Below, piece after piece: positions 37,287 to 46,305 of a DNA stretch of 64,000 bases (the stretch's first letter is position 1; each line of letters starts with the position of its first letter). This DNA is from Candidatus Woesearchaeota archaeon (GTDB lineage Archaea > Nanobdellota > Nanobdellia > SCGC-AAA011-G17 > VGLX01). The stretch lies in assembly GCA_964428965.1 (NCBI GenBank), contig CAYSAF010000001.1, positions 11,242 to 75,241 on the forward strand, read 5' to 3'. Made by a program: the position numbers and the translations under genes. The notes below the pieces were generated by a model that saw only the letters and a list, made by a program, of their open reading frames with translations, had not been told where the DNA came from and did not search any database.

Positions 37287-38456
37287 CTATTCAACAAACT
37301 CAATGCCTAGCTGGTCCTCGATCTCAGTCTTCGATCCTTCAAGTATCCTCTTCCTTGGACCAAAAATCTGCGGAGAATTAACACCTGTAACGATAAGCAT
37401 GGTCTTAAGGGTCTTACCAAGGTCTTCTGAAATCATAGCACCCCAAATTATATTAGCATCCTCATCAAGCTTCTCAGAAACACTCTCAACCACCTTCTTG
37501 GCCTCGTCAAGAGTCATGTCAGGACCGCCGGAAACGTTAATCAAGGCACCGTTAGCACCTGTAATATCAACGTCAAGCAAAGGGTTGTTAAGAGCTTTCT
37601 CAACAGACTCCAGAGCCCTGCTTTCGGTATCGCTCTCACCTATGCCTATCATAGCAACACCACCCTTACCCATAACAGCTTTGATGTCAGCAAAGTCCAG
37701 GTTAACCAAACCGGTCTTAGTAACCAAGTCAGCAATGCCCTTAACGGCATTAGTTAAAATTTCATCAGCAACCTTGAAAGCGGTCTGCAAGGGAAGGTCT
37801 GGAGCCAACTCCAAAAGCTTATCGTTTGGAATCACAATAAGAGTATCAACAATGCCCTCCAACTTCTCCAAACCGAGGATAGCATTCTCATACCTTCTCT
37901 GGCCCTCAACCTGGAATGGAAGGGTGACAACAGCAACTGTCAAGGCACCTGTTTTCTTAGAGATGTCAGCAATAATGGGAGCAGAACCAGTACCTGTACC
38001 ACCACCAAGACCACAGGTGATAAAAACCATGTCAGCACCGAGCAACTTCTGTTTAATCTCATGCTCAGACTCTTTTGCTGCCTCCTCACCAACCTGGGGA
38101 ATAGAACCAGCACCAAGACCGTGAGTAACATCTCTGCCAAGAAGAACCTTAACATCAGCATTGGTGTAAAGCAGGTCCTGAGCGTCGGTATTCATGGCAA
38201 TCATCTCAGCACCGCCAATACCCACCTCTGACATACGGTTGATTGTGTTGTTACCAGCACCACCAGTACCGACAACCTTAATCTTTGCCTTCTGCTTATT
38301 CAACAACTCTTCTAATTCTTCATCAATGGTGTTAAACTTCCTCTGACCGTGAAGCTTGGTAAACTTAGAATCATCCGGCGGGTCAACAACAAAGTCATTC
38401 GAAAAAGAATCCATCATTTCACTCCCTTTATTACCACTTTTTCCATCAGGAAACAC
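37287..38456 (-). CDS. ftsZ: Cell division GTPase FtsZ
   Basis: 389 aa with the tubulin signature [15 protein letters not shown] and T7 loop region. Forms the typical ftsZ-secE-spt5 cluster. Confidence 0.9.
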   Translation of the reverse strand: MFPDGKSGNKGSEMMDSFSNDFVVDPPDDSKFTKLHGQRKFNTIDEELEELLNKQKAKIKVVGTGGAGNNTINRMSEVGIGGAEMIAMNTDAQDLLYTNADVKVLLGRDVTHGLGAGSIPQVGEEAAKESEHEIKQKLLGADMVFITCGLGGGTGTGSAPIIADISKKTGALTVAVVTLPFQVEGQRRYENAILGLEKLEGIVDTLIVIPNDKLLELAPDLPLQTAFKVADEILTNAVKGIADLVTKTGLVNLDFADIKAVMGKGGVAMIGIGESDTESRALESVEKALNNPLLDVDITGANGALINVSGGPDMTLDEAKKVVESVSEKLDEDANIIWGAMISEDLGKTLKTMLIVTGVNSPQIFGPRKRILEGSKTEIEDQLGIEFVE

Positions 38457-38501
38457 TTAATAAGGAAGTCCTATAAAAGCTTATCTATAATCCAAAAGTT
38501 A

Positions 38502-39215
38502 TTATTTTTTAGCAGCATCAGAAGGCTTCTTTTCAGGCTTAAGCTTCTCTTTCTCAGTTTCTGACTTCTTAGCTTCAGGAGCCAAAAAATCAAAAGACTT
38601 AATGTTGGGGAACAGCTTCTTCAGGTGCTCAAAAAGCGGCTTGGAAAGAACTTCAGGAAGATGCATAGGGACCTTAGCAACCCCTTCTTCTATCTTTATG
38701 TCAATGTCCTTTGCGTTGAAATGCAACTCAAAGAAGGACTTAAGCTTCTCAACGTCATCATCGAGCTTCCTAAGAATACCAACCTCATAAACCAAATCGT
38801 GGCCCGAATACGGGTGATTAAAATCAACGAGTATTCTTCCACCACTAACGCTGCGAATAGTCCCGAAAGAGTTATTAACCGTTACCTGCAAGCCGGGTAC
38901 AGGATTGATTTTTTGTTGCAGGAAAAGCTTAGCAGGAACAAGCCTAATAAGCTTGGAATTCTTCTTACCAAAACCCAGGTCAGCGGACACTTCGATGGTG
39001 TAGTTCTTACCTACCTCTTTACCAACTAAGGCATCATCAAGGCCTTTAACAACATCTCCGTTGCCGACGCAAACAACAACAGGCTTGAAAATAAGCTTCG
39101 GATTAAAGTTATTCTCCTTAGCAACCTTCTCATCAGTCAGGTCAAAAATCTGATTATTATCCTTAAACCTGCCCGTGTAATCAATTTCGATAAAATCATA
39201 CAGCTTAACTTCCAT
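38502..39215 (-). CDS. FKBP-type peptidyl-prolyl cis-trans isomerase (long archaeal type)
   Basis: 237 aa. DFIEIDYTGRFKDNNQIFD...GLDDALVGKEVGKNYTIEV...GTIRSVSGGRILVDFNHPYSGHDLVYEVGI. Confidence 0.75.
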   Translation of the reverse strand: MEVKLYDFIEIDYTGRFKDNNQIFDLTDEKVAKENNFNPKLIFKPVVVCVGNGDVVKGLDDALVGKEVGKNYTIEVSADLGFGKKNSKLIRLVPAKLFLQQKINPVPGLQVTVNNSFGTIRSVSGGRILVDFNHPYSGHDLVYEVGILRKLDDDVEKLKSFFELHFNAKDIDIKIEEGVAKVPMHLPEVLSKPLFEHLKKLFPNIKSFDFLAPEAKKSETEKEKLKPEKKPSDAAKK

Positions 39216-39240
39216 AAAAAGAAAAACTCGAAAGTAAAGT

Positions 39241-39249
39241 ATTTAAAGC
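39241..39249 (+). promoter_or_regulatory. TATA-like box (atttaaagc) about 27 nt upstream of the tRNA
   Basis: Distance and sequence fit an archaeal tRNA promoter. Confidence 0.35.
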
Positions 39250-39272
39250 TTTTTGTACAAAAAACTCTTTAT

Positions 39273-39414
39273 GCGGGAGTGCCGGAGTGGCCAAACGGGA
39301 TAGATGATCCAAAGGTCAGTCCAACCTCAAGATATTGAAAAATGAGCCTATCTGGCGATGGTATAAGAAAGCTATTGGCTTAGTGCCTACGCAGGTTCGA
39401 GTCCTGTCTCCCGC
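39273..39414 (+). tRNA. Intron-containing tRNA, class-II-like (probably Leu). Anticodon not resolved.
   Basis: 142 nt. The acceptor stem GCGGGAG/CTCCCGC pairs perfectly, with discriminator A. D-arm CCG-GAGTGGCCAAA-CGG. T-arm CAGG-TTCGAGT-CCTG. About 55 nt in excess of a mature tRNA implies one or two introns. Confidence 0.55.
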
Positions 39415-39423
39415 ATATCAAAC

Positions 39424-40143
39424 ATGAAAGTCAAAAAAGTTCTGATAAGGAATAACAAGAAATACTACTGGAAGGAAGGAGACTTACATACTTTGGCAGG
39501 CGTTGTAAAGGAAGAAGATATAAAAAAAGCAGAGAAGAAAGTAAGTTCCCATCAGAAAAAGGAATTCCTTATTTTTGACGCAAACTTTGTTGATGAAGTT
39601 AAAAAAATAAAAAGAGGGCCTGCAACGATGACAAAAAAAGACATTGGCTACATAATTGCAAACACAGGAATAGACAAAGAGTCCTTAGTAGTTGACGCAG
39701 GAGCAGGCTGTGGTGTGTCAGCGATGTTCATAGCAAAGGTAGCAAAAAAAGTAATCAGCTATGAAATAAATGAAGAGTTCTACAAAACTGCTCAAAAAAA
39801 TTTTGAAGAGCTTGAAATAAAAAACATAGAAATAAAAAAGCAGGATATTTATGAAGGAATTGATGAAAAAGAAATTGACTTAATCTTCCTTGACTTAGCA
39901 GAACCTTGGCATGTGATAAGGCATGCAGAAAAAGCACTCAAATCAGGAAAGTTTTTAGTAGCATACCTACCAACAACAACACAGGTAGAAGAGCTAATAA
40001 AAGCAGCAGAAGGGAGCAGCTTTATACAAGAAAAAACCATAGAGCTGATAGAAAGAGAGTGGCATGTAGAAGGAAAGAAGGTAAGGCCAAAAAGTAAGAT
40101 GATAGGCCACACAGGATTCCTGGTATTCCTCAGAAAAATTTAA
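39424..40143 (+). CDS. trmI: tRNA (adenine57/58-N1)-methyltransferase TrmI
   Basis: 239 aa. SAM-binding VVDAGAGCGVSAMFIA. DLIFLDLAEPWHV is characteristic of the GCD14/TrmI family. Confidence 0.7.
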   Translation: MKVKKVLIRNNKKYYWKEGDLHTLAGVVKEEDIKKAEKKVSSHQKKEFLIFDANFVDEVKKIKRGPATMTKKDIGYIIANTGIDKESLVVDAGAGCGVSAMFIAKVAKKVISYEINEEFYKTAQKNFEELEIKNIEIKKQDIYEGIDEKEIDLIFLDLAEPWHVIRHAEKALKSGKFLVAYLPTTTQVEELIKAAEGSSFIQEKTIELIEREWHVEGKKVRPKSKMIGHTGFLVFLRKI

Positions 40144-40175
40144 ATAGTGATATAAAACATATATTGTAAAAACTT

Positions 40176-42002
40176 ATGGATAAAATAGAAAAACTGGTGC
40201 CTGATACTTCTGTCATAATCGAAGGACTAATTTCTGAAAAGGTACAGAATAAAGAACTTCAATTCGACGAGGTAATAATACACGAGGCAGTTCTAGCAGA
40301 GTTAGAGCACCAGGCAAACTTAGGTCGAGCGGTAGGCTACCTAGGTCTGGATGAACTGGAAAAGATATGGACGCTGTCAGCAGAAAGAAACTTCTCAATA
40401 AAATACGCTGGCAGAAGGCCGAGGATGGTGGAGATAAAGTATGCGTCAATGGGCGAGATAGACTCCATGATAAGGGACCTTGCGTGGGAGATGGACGCAA
40501 CACTGCTAAGTGCTGACAAGATCCAGGCAAGGATAGCAAAAGCAAAGGGAATGAAGGTAATCTACATAGAACCAAAAGAAAAAGAGTTCAAGAAACTAAA
40601 GCTGGACAAATTCTTCGACAAAACAACCATGTCCGTACACTTAAGGGAAAACGTAAAGCCAAAAGCAAAGAAGGGAACCCCTGGAAAATGGGTTTTCGAA
40701 ATCATAAGAAAAGAAATCATGGAGCAGGACGAGATAAAGGATATATCAAAAGAGATAATCGAGGGCGCAAAGCTGAGAAAAGACAGCTTCATAGAGATAC
40801 AGAGAGAAGGAAGCACGATAGTACAGCTTGGACAATACAGGATTGTAATAACAAGACCGCCGTTCTCTGACGGATGGGAAATAACAGCAGTAAGACCGAT
40901 AAAAAAATTATCCCTTGAAGATTACAAACTAAGTGAAAAACTCAAAAAAAGAATAGCAGAGCAGGCAGAAGGGGTACTAATAGCAGGAGCACCAGGACAG
41001 GGAAAAAGCACGTGCGCAGCTGCACTAGCAGAATACTATGCTGGACAAGACAAGGTAGTAAAAACATTAGAAGCACCTAGAGACATGATACTGCCAGATG
41101 AGATAACACAATACGCAATAAGCCATGGAGATGCCCAAGAAATACACGACATACTACTACTATCAAGACCAGACTACACAATATTCGACGAGATGAGAAA
41201 CACAACCGACTTCAAGCTGTTTGCAGACCTAAGGCTGAGCGGGATAGGATTATTGGGCGTGATACACGCAACAAACCCTGTAGATGCAATACAAAGATTC
41301 GTGGGAAGAATAGAACTAGGTGTAATACCCCATGTGATAGACACAGTCATATTCATAAAAAACGGAGCAATAGACAAGGTACTAAGCGTAGGAATGACGG
41401 TAAAAGTGCCTGCCGGAATGACAGAGGCAGACCTGGCAAGACCAGTAGTAGAGGTAAGAGACTTCGAAACAAACACACTGGAATTCGAGATATACAGCTA
41501 CGGAGAAGAGACTGTAGTTGTGCCTGTAAAGGAAGGAGGCAAAAAAAGCTCTATACATGAACTTGCGGCAAAGCAAATCGAAAAGGCAATAAGGAACTTA
41601 AGCGACGATGTTGAGGCAGAGGTAGTGTCAGACAACAAGGCAATAATATATGTTCCTGAAAGGGACATAGGAAGAATAATAGGAAAGCAGGGAAAAACAA
41701 TAGAGGAGATAGAACAAAAACTAGGCATTAATATAGAGGTCAGGGAGAAACAAGAAAGGGTGGGGGTAGAAGGGAAGGAGGTAGAATACCATTTAAACGA
41801 GAACAGCGCATACCTAATGTTTTACATTAATGAGACAAACACAAACATAGACTTTTTTGTCAATGACCAGTTCTTATTCACAGCAACCTCAAGCAAAAAG
41901 GGCGAGGTAAAAGTACACAAAAAAAGCAAACTCGGCAGGACATTAACAGAAGCGATAAAACAGAGAAGGAAAGTAATGCTCAAAACCTCAGAGTCCAGGT
42001 AA
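40176..42002 (+). CDS. PIN-domain / PilT-like ATPase / KH-domain protein (conserved archaeal COG1855-type)
   Basis: 608 aa. N-terminal PIN (LVPDTSVIIEG). Walker A GVLIAGAPGQGKST. C-terminal KH (IGRIIGKQGKTIEEIEQKLG). Confidence 0.7.
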   Translation: MDKIEKLVPDTSVIIEGLISEKVQNKELQFDEVIIHEAVLAELEHQANLGRAVGYLGLDELEKIWTLSAERNFSIKYAGRRPRMVEIKYASMGEIDSMIRDLAWEMDATLLSADKIQARIAKAKGMKVIYIEPKEKEFKKLKLDKFFDKTTMSVHLRENVKPKAKKGTPGKWVFEIIRKEIMEQDEIKDISKEIIEGAKLRKDSFIEIQREGSTIVQLGQYRIVITRPPFSDGWEITAVRPIKKLSLEDYKLSEKLKKRIAEQAEGVLIAGAPGQGKSTCAAALAEYYAGQDKVVKTLEAPRDMILPDEITQYAISHGDAQEIHDILLLSRPDYTIFDEMRNTTDFKLFADLRLSGIGLLGVIHATNPVDAIQRFVGRIELGVIPHVIDTVIFIKNGAIDKVLSVGMTVKVPAGMTEADLARPVVEVRDFETNTLEFEIYSYGEETVVVPVKEGGKKSSIHELAAKQIEKAIRNLSDDVEAEVVSDNKAIIYVPERDIGRIIGKQGKTIEEIEQKLGINIEVREKQERVGVEGKEVEYHLNENSAYLMFYINETNTNIDFFVNDQFLFTATSSKKGEVKVHKKSKLGRTLTEAIKQRRKVMLKTSESR

Positions 42003-42081
42003 GAATTTTCTATATTTTTAAAAACAATATAGTAAAGAATAACAAACCTTAAAAGCTGGAGAAAATATAAAACCAAACTAT

Positions 42082-42207
42082 ATGAAAATCACCTCTAGAT
42101 GCTCTGAGTGTGGAGGCCAGCTAGCTTCGAACGATGAAGAGGTATACTGCATCAAATGCGGCCTTGTTATGGAAGAAGAAAGCATGGTCGAAGAAATAGC
42201 CCAATGA
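42082..42207 (+). CDS. Small TFIIB-type zinc-ribbon protein
   Basis: 41 aa. SRCSECGGQLASNDEEVYCIKCGLVMEE closely resembles the N-terminal Zn ribbon of TFB/TFIIB (C-x2-C-x15-C-x2-C). Confidence 0.35.
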   Translation: MKITSRCSECGGQLASNDEEVYCIKCGLVMEEESMVEEIAQ

Positions 42208-42283
42208 GACTGGTGATAACATTAACTCAATAACAAAAAACAAATAAAGGGGGTTACGGTTTTCTACTAGGAGGTTCTGTTTT

Positions 42284-42514
42284 ATGACACCCATAAAAGA
42301 GCTGCTAGACAAGATAAAGTGGGATTCTAAACAAAAAAAAGAAGAATACAAAATAGGCTACTGGGACAGGATAAAAGGAAAAGAGACAAGGATAAATTAT
42401 GAGCAGATAAAGAGTTACGATAATCAATTCTTCGAAGTAGGGGAGAGTGAAATACCGCTACACAGAATAAAGAGGGTCTACAAGAAAGGAAAACTCATAT
42501 GGGAGAGAAAATAA
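42284..42514 (+). CDS. Small conserved archaeal protein, UPF0248-like
   Basis: 76 aa. IKELLDKIKWD...YKIGYWDRIKGKETRINYEQI resembles the archaeal UPF0248 family. SD-like ggaggt upstream. Confidence 0.35.
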   Translation: MTPIKELLDKIKWDSKQKKEEYKIGYWDRIKGKETRINYEQIKSYDNQFFEVGESEIPLHRIKRVYKKGKLIWERK

Positions 42515-42521
42515 TCACTTT

Positions 42522-43016
42522 TTACCCAACATACTCATTAAAATACCGATCAACAATTTTAGCTTCAGGGGTTTTTCCATTTTTCTCCCTTGCCTTAAGG
42601 TTCTCTATTACAACATCGTAATTCTCCCGATAAATCTTCTTCAAATCAGCCAAGGGCAGATCTTTCATTGGTTGCCTTGTTATGTAAACACTCAAGTTAG
42701 GACCCCTCTCAAAGTAGGTTATGAAATGCTCCAACACACGGAACCTTTCAGGCAAATCTTCCATAAGCAGGAAAGCAGGAACAGGATCGTGAGCCATTAT
42801 GTCATCTAAGTTATCACGACACTGACAGCTCATACCAAAAATTTTATGGTTGGTATAAAGAGCATCAATAACACTCATGGTAATCTCAGTCTTGCCAGCG
42901 TCGGGATAGCCGTGAACAGAAACTAATACAGGCCTAAACAAATCTTTAATCTCTAGAATGGTTTTAACTAGGTAATCCTTTCCTTCATCAAAACTCATTT
43001 CCTTAGGCTCTTTCAT
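42522..43016 (-). CDS. P-loop NTPase/kinase-like protein
   Basis: 164 aa with a Walker A-like motif (VHGYPDAGKTEIT). Confidence 0.4.
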   Translation of the reverse strand: MKEPKEMSFDEGKDYLVKTILEIKDLFRPVLVSVHGYPDAGKTEITMSVIDALYTNHKIFGMSCQCRDNLDDIMAHDPVPAFLLMEDLPERFRVLEHFITYFERGPNLSVYITRQPMKDLPLADLKKIYRENYDVVIENLKAREKNGKTPEAKIVDRYFNEYVG

Positions 43017-43085
43017 GCTTATGTTAAGAGAAAAATATATTTATAAACCTTTCTGTATGTCACTACTTTTAGGAAGTTACAATAG

Positions 43086-43171
43086 TGGGCCTGCCCGGAT
43101 TCGAACCGGGGACCTCCACCGTGTGAGGGTGGCGTTTGCTAGTTTCCTCATAGCCACTAGACTACAAGCCC
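43086..43171 (-). tRNA. tRNA-Val (anticodon CAC) with an atypically long D-arm region, possibly a non-canonical intron
   Basis: Reverse complement: GGGCTTG-TA-[30 nt D region]-CCACC-CTCACAC-GGTGG-AGGTC-CCCGG-TTCGAAT-CCGGG-CAGGCCC-A. The acceptor stem (one G-U pair), anticodon and T arms are canonical. The D region is about 13 nt longer than standard. Confidence 0.6.
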
Positions 43172-43295
43172 AGGTAAGTATAGAAATCAAACAGCAGTTT
43201 TTAAGTATTGTGTTTTAAAAAATAAAAAGAGCTTGTAAAACCTTTTTACATACCAAAATATTTAAATAAACGAATATTTTAGCTTATAATAAAAA

Positions 43296-45050
43296 ATGAG
43301 GTGGAAGGATATGAAACCAAAAGTGCTATTTCTTATTAGTATTGTTTTTCTCTTCATGCTAGGCTACTATTTTGTGTATGGCGGAACGACAGGAGACAGC
43401 TGCAACTACATGACAAATGGAGACTCACAATGCGACACAGCAAATAACATATACTGCGTAAGCTACAAATGTGAAAAGGTTTCAGATACAACAACATACT
43501 GTAATGATGAGGATAGCGCAAATCCATCAGTCAAAGCTTCCCTTACCTTCCGTTATCGAGACTATGACGGAAGGTTCAACGGAGGAAGTGTAGGAGAAGA
43601 CTGTGTTGAGGGGAGCCTCATAGTTACTTCATGCCAAGCAAATGCGCCAAACGGTTGTTACGTGAGGGAAGCAATTTGCGATTCTGGAAGCTTCGGCGGT
43701 TACACCTTCAAGAATGTTAGATGCGATTATGGATGCTCTAACGGCGTATGCTTACAAGCTAGCGCACCGCAAACATCATGCACAGACAATTTAAAAAACC
43801 AAGACGAAACAGATGTTGACTGCGGAGGTTCATGCCCCAAATGCCAGAAGGGAAAAGCGTGCATAACCTCAAGTGACTGCTCAACTACAATCTGTAAAAA
43901 CAACGTCTGCTCAGAATCCACAGGAACTACACCACAACAAACAACACAGCCAGAACCAACATGCAATGACGGGATCAAAAACAGGGATGAGGAAGACGTA
44001 GATTGCGGAGGAGCGTACTGCAGAATATGCAGAACCATGCCACCGACTGACAGCTACACCAACTGTGTATTCCACTGTAACAAGTATTATGCCTCAGACT
44101 ATGAGTATTACGAACAGTGCATGGCCAAATGCGAAGAAATAAAACCAGCGATACAAGACCAAACCCAAACAGAAACGCAACAACCACCTGAACAACAAGC
44201 CGCAGAGACAAGCACAACACAATGTGTGCTACAACTAAGACAACAAACAATAGTTAGTGGTGAAGAGTTTGGTGGGAGAGTTCGTTACACGCCTAATGCT
44301 GTGTGCGATATTTTAGGTCGTGTTGACTCGGATGACCCCTGGGAGAGTATAATGGTAGTTAGAATCGAGGATTCTGGATACTTTAATTTTAACTCTGCAT
44401 ACATCTCTACTGTAGGTACTTGGACACTGCAAGCTGTTTGCGGTGAGTGTAAATCAAACATACTTTACTTGGAGGTAACCCCTATCGAAGACGTTGAAGA
44501 GGGATCGTTTTTCAGAAGAATATCAAACTTCTTTACAGGAATCTTCGGTAAAAAGGATGTGGTAGAAACAGAGATAGATGATAGGGGATGGACTGGTGAT
44601 ACATCCAATTCTGATTACGAAGAAGTAGGAATGGTTGAAACACCGCCACCAGGTATGTTAAGGCCTAATAACCTATCGGTAGAAATACCATGCGCAGATT
44701 GTGCGGACTGGAACAGGTACTACTGCAGAGATGAAATCAAGAAGTTTTTCGGATCCTGTATTAATACTTTTGAAAATGGGATGGATGCACACAATTGCAA
44801 ACAGTCATGCGAGGAAGTAGGGAAAATCTGTGTAACAGCTTTTAACACATACACAGATGACAAAATAGAGTTTAGTAGTATGCGACAAGGAGGCGCCCGT
44901 CTATATAGCCCCATACCATACTATACACGAGGGTCCACAGTAAGTTGTGATAGTCCTGCTACATATGATACCAGGTATGAGTATGAACCACGTTTAGGTA
45001 GGGATGAACACTACAACTATAACTCACGTATATGCACTTGCTGCGGATAA
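43296..45050 (+). CDS. Cys-rich secreted or surface protein with repeated DVDCGG modules
   Basis: 584 aa. N-terminal TM/signal (VLFLISIVFLFMLGYYFVYG). About 60 Cys. Repeats: CTDNLKNQDETDVDCGGSCPKC and CNDGIKNRDEEDVDCGGAYCRIC. Flanked by two tRNA genes. Confidence 0.5.
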   Translation: MRWKDMKPKVLFLISIVFLFMLGYYFVYGGTTGDSCNYMTNGDSQCDTANNIYCVSYKCEKVSDTTTYCNDEDSANPSVKASLTFRYRDYDGRFNGGSVGEDCVEGSLIVTSCQANAPNGCYVREAICDSGSFGGYTFKNVRCDYGCSNGVCLQASAPQTSCTDNLKNQDETDVDCGGSCPKCQKGKACITSSDCSTTICKNNVCSESTGTTPQQTTQPEPTCNDGIKNRDEEDVDCGGAYCRICRTMPPTDSYTNCVFHCNKYYASDYEYYEQCMAKCEEIKPAIQDQTQTETQQPPEQQAAETSTTQCVLQLRQQTIVSGEEFGGRVRYTPNAVCDILGRVDSDDPWESIMVVRIEDSGYFNFNSAYISTVGTWTLQAVCGECKSNILYLEVTPIEDVEEGSFFRRISNFFTGIFGKKDVVETEIDDRGWTGDTSNSDYEEVGMVETPPPGMLRPNNLSVEIPCADCADWNRYYCRDEIKKFFGSCINTFENGMDAHNCKQSCEEVGKICVTAFNTYTDDKIEFSSMRQGGARLYSPIPYYTRGSTVSCDSPATYDTRYEYEPRLGRDEHYNYNSRICTCCG

Positions 45051-45092
45051 ACACTTTTTCTTTTTTCCTGATATTTACTTGAATAAGAAATC

Positions 45093-45165
45093 TGCGGCAG
45101 GCGGGACTCGAACCCGCAACAACCACCTTGGGAGGGTGGTATCCTAGCCATTAGATCACTACCGC
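45093..45165 (-). tRNA. tRNA-Gly (anticodon CCC)
   Basis: Reverse complement: GCGGTAG-TG-ATC...GAT-A-CCACC-CTCCCAA-GGTGG-TTGTT-GCGGG-TTCGAGT-CCCGC-CTGCCGC-A. 73 nt, canonical cloverleaf, no intron. Confidence 0.8.
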
Positions 45166-45207
45166 TCAAATGAATAAAATTGAGAGGAGAATAATAAAAC
45201 TTTCCCC

Positions 45208-45840
45208 TCACTCAGGAACCAAACCAGCCTTCTTAAACCTAACAGAAAACTTATGAGCAAGCCTTAAAGGCTCTGGAAGCTTAAAACCCGGCTTAAGTAA
45301 AGACTTCACAATCTCAGCACCAGTCTCAACAGATATCCTGTGACCCGGGCTTACAAAAACAGGATTGCTGCCCTGCTTGGTGTAAAGAACAACAGCACGA
45401 ACTTCGTTATCAAAGTAAACCTTGCCCTGATGAACCTCCCCGCAAAGCAACTTCTTAGCAACACCGACAGCGGGAATGTTAAGAGAGACGCCAACATAAG
45501 AAGCCAAGCCAGACTTAGAAGGGTGCAAGATACCGTTACCGTCAACCATAATCAAGTCAGGCCGGTTATCAAACTTAGCAAAGGTATCAAAAATAGGAGG
45601 ACCCTCACGAAACATAAGCATAGTAGGGATGTAAGGAAACTGCTCCTTTGAAACTGAATACTTCTGCTCAACAATGTTGAAATCCTTATCTATTATGACC
45701 CCAGCACAAAACAAATCATTCCCAGTAGCGGCTATGTCAAAACCTGCAACCAACTTCAAAGAATCAAGCTTAAAGTCGTCCCTAACAACAACCTTACTTG
45801 AAACCTTTTCCTGCAACTCACGAAGCTCCTTAGCCTTCAT
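45208..45840 (-). CDS. nfi: Endonuclease V (deoxyinosine 3' endonuclease)
   Basis: 210 aa. VAGFDIA...FCAGVII...FPYIPTMLMFREGPPIFDTFAKFDNRPDLIMVDGNGILHPSKSGLASYVGVSLNIPAVGVAKK matches EndoV motifs, including the catalytic D and the PYIPG-like loop. Confidence 0.8.
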   Translation of the reverse strand: MKAKELRELQEKVSSKVVVRDDFKLDSLKLVAGFDIAATGNDLFCAGVIIDKDFNIVEQKYSVSKEQFPYIPTMLMFREGPPIFDTFAKFDNRPDLIMVDGNGILHPSKSGLASYVGVSLNIPAVGVAKKLLCGEVHQGKVYFDNEVRAVVLYTKQGSNPVFVSPGHRISVETGAEIVKSLLKPGFKLPEPLRLAHKFSVRFKKAGLVPE

Positions 45841-46121
45841 TTTAAGTAGGTATCACACAAACCTTTAACCTTATTAAGATAATTCAACTTCTGAACCAAG
45901 TCACGCCTAAGCCTATTCATAGTAGGAGAAGTCTTATTCTTGGCAAGCCACACCCTACCGGAATCGACCTCACCAAGTATATAGTTGTTAAGTTGCTCAG
46001 TAGTCCTTATGGTGTTATCCCTTATTATCGACAGGAGCATACCAAAAGCCAACTTGTTCTTTTCCTTAACATCCTGAGGAATTCTCTTTAAAACAAAACT
46101 GCTATATTCCATAAAAACCAC
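45837..46121 (-). CDS. Hypothetical protein
   Basis: 94 aa. 4-nt overlap with nfi suggests co-transcription. Confidence 0.4.
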   Translation of the reverse strand: MVFMEYSSFVLKRIPQDVKEKNKLAFGMLLSIIRDNTIRTTEQLNNYILGEVDSGRVWLAKNKTSPTMNRLRRDLVQKLNYLNKVKGLCDTYLK

Positions 46122-46124
46122 CCC

Positions 46125-46271
46125 CTACCTCTTAAAAACCTTGCCGCGCTTACAAGAAACACACATGCCAGAGACTTTGTCATAGCAAGAGTCACAAACC
46201 AAAGAACCACACTTAACGCAGGTGTATTTTGCAATCCTCTGATTACAAACCATACAAGCAGCGGCTTTCAT
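46125..46271 (-). CDS. Small double zinc-ribbon protein
   Basis: 48 aa (below the ORF-track cutoff). MKAAACMVCNQRIAKYTCVKCGSLVCDSCYDKVSGMCVSCKRGKVFKR has 4 CxxC pairs. Confidence 0.3.
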   Translation of the reverse strand: MKAAACMVCNQRIAKYTCVKCGSLVCDSCYDKVSGMCVSCKRGKVFKR

Positions 46272-46305
46272 CCCAAAGTACATAGCACGAATAAATATTT
46301 AAAAC

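Noticed and set aside
37303-38124. 273-aa + strand ORF
   Set aside because: Lies entirely antisense to the high-confidence ftsZ gene (tubulin signature on the minus strand). Composition is a typical shadow ORF: Ser/Pro/Leu-rich with no motifs.
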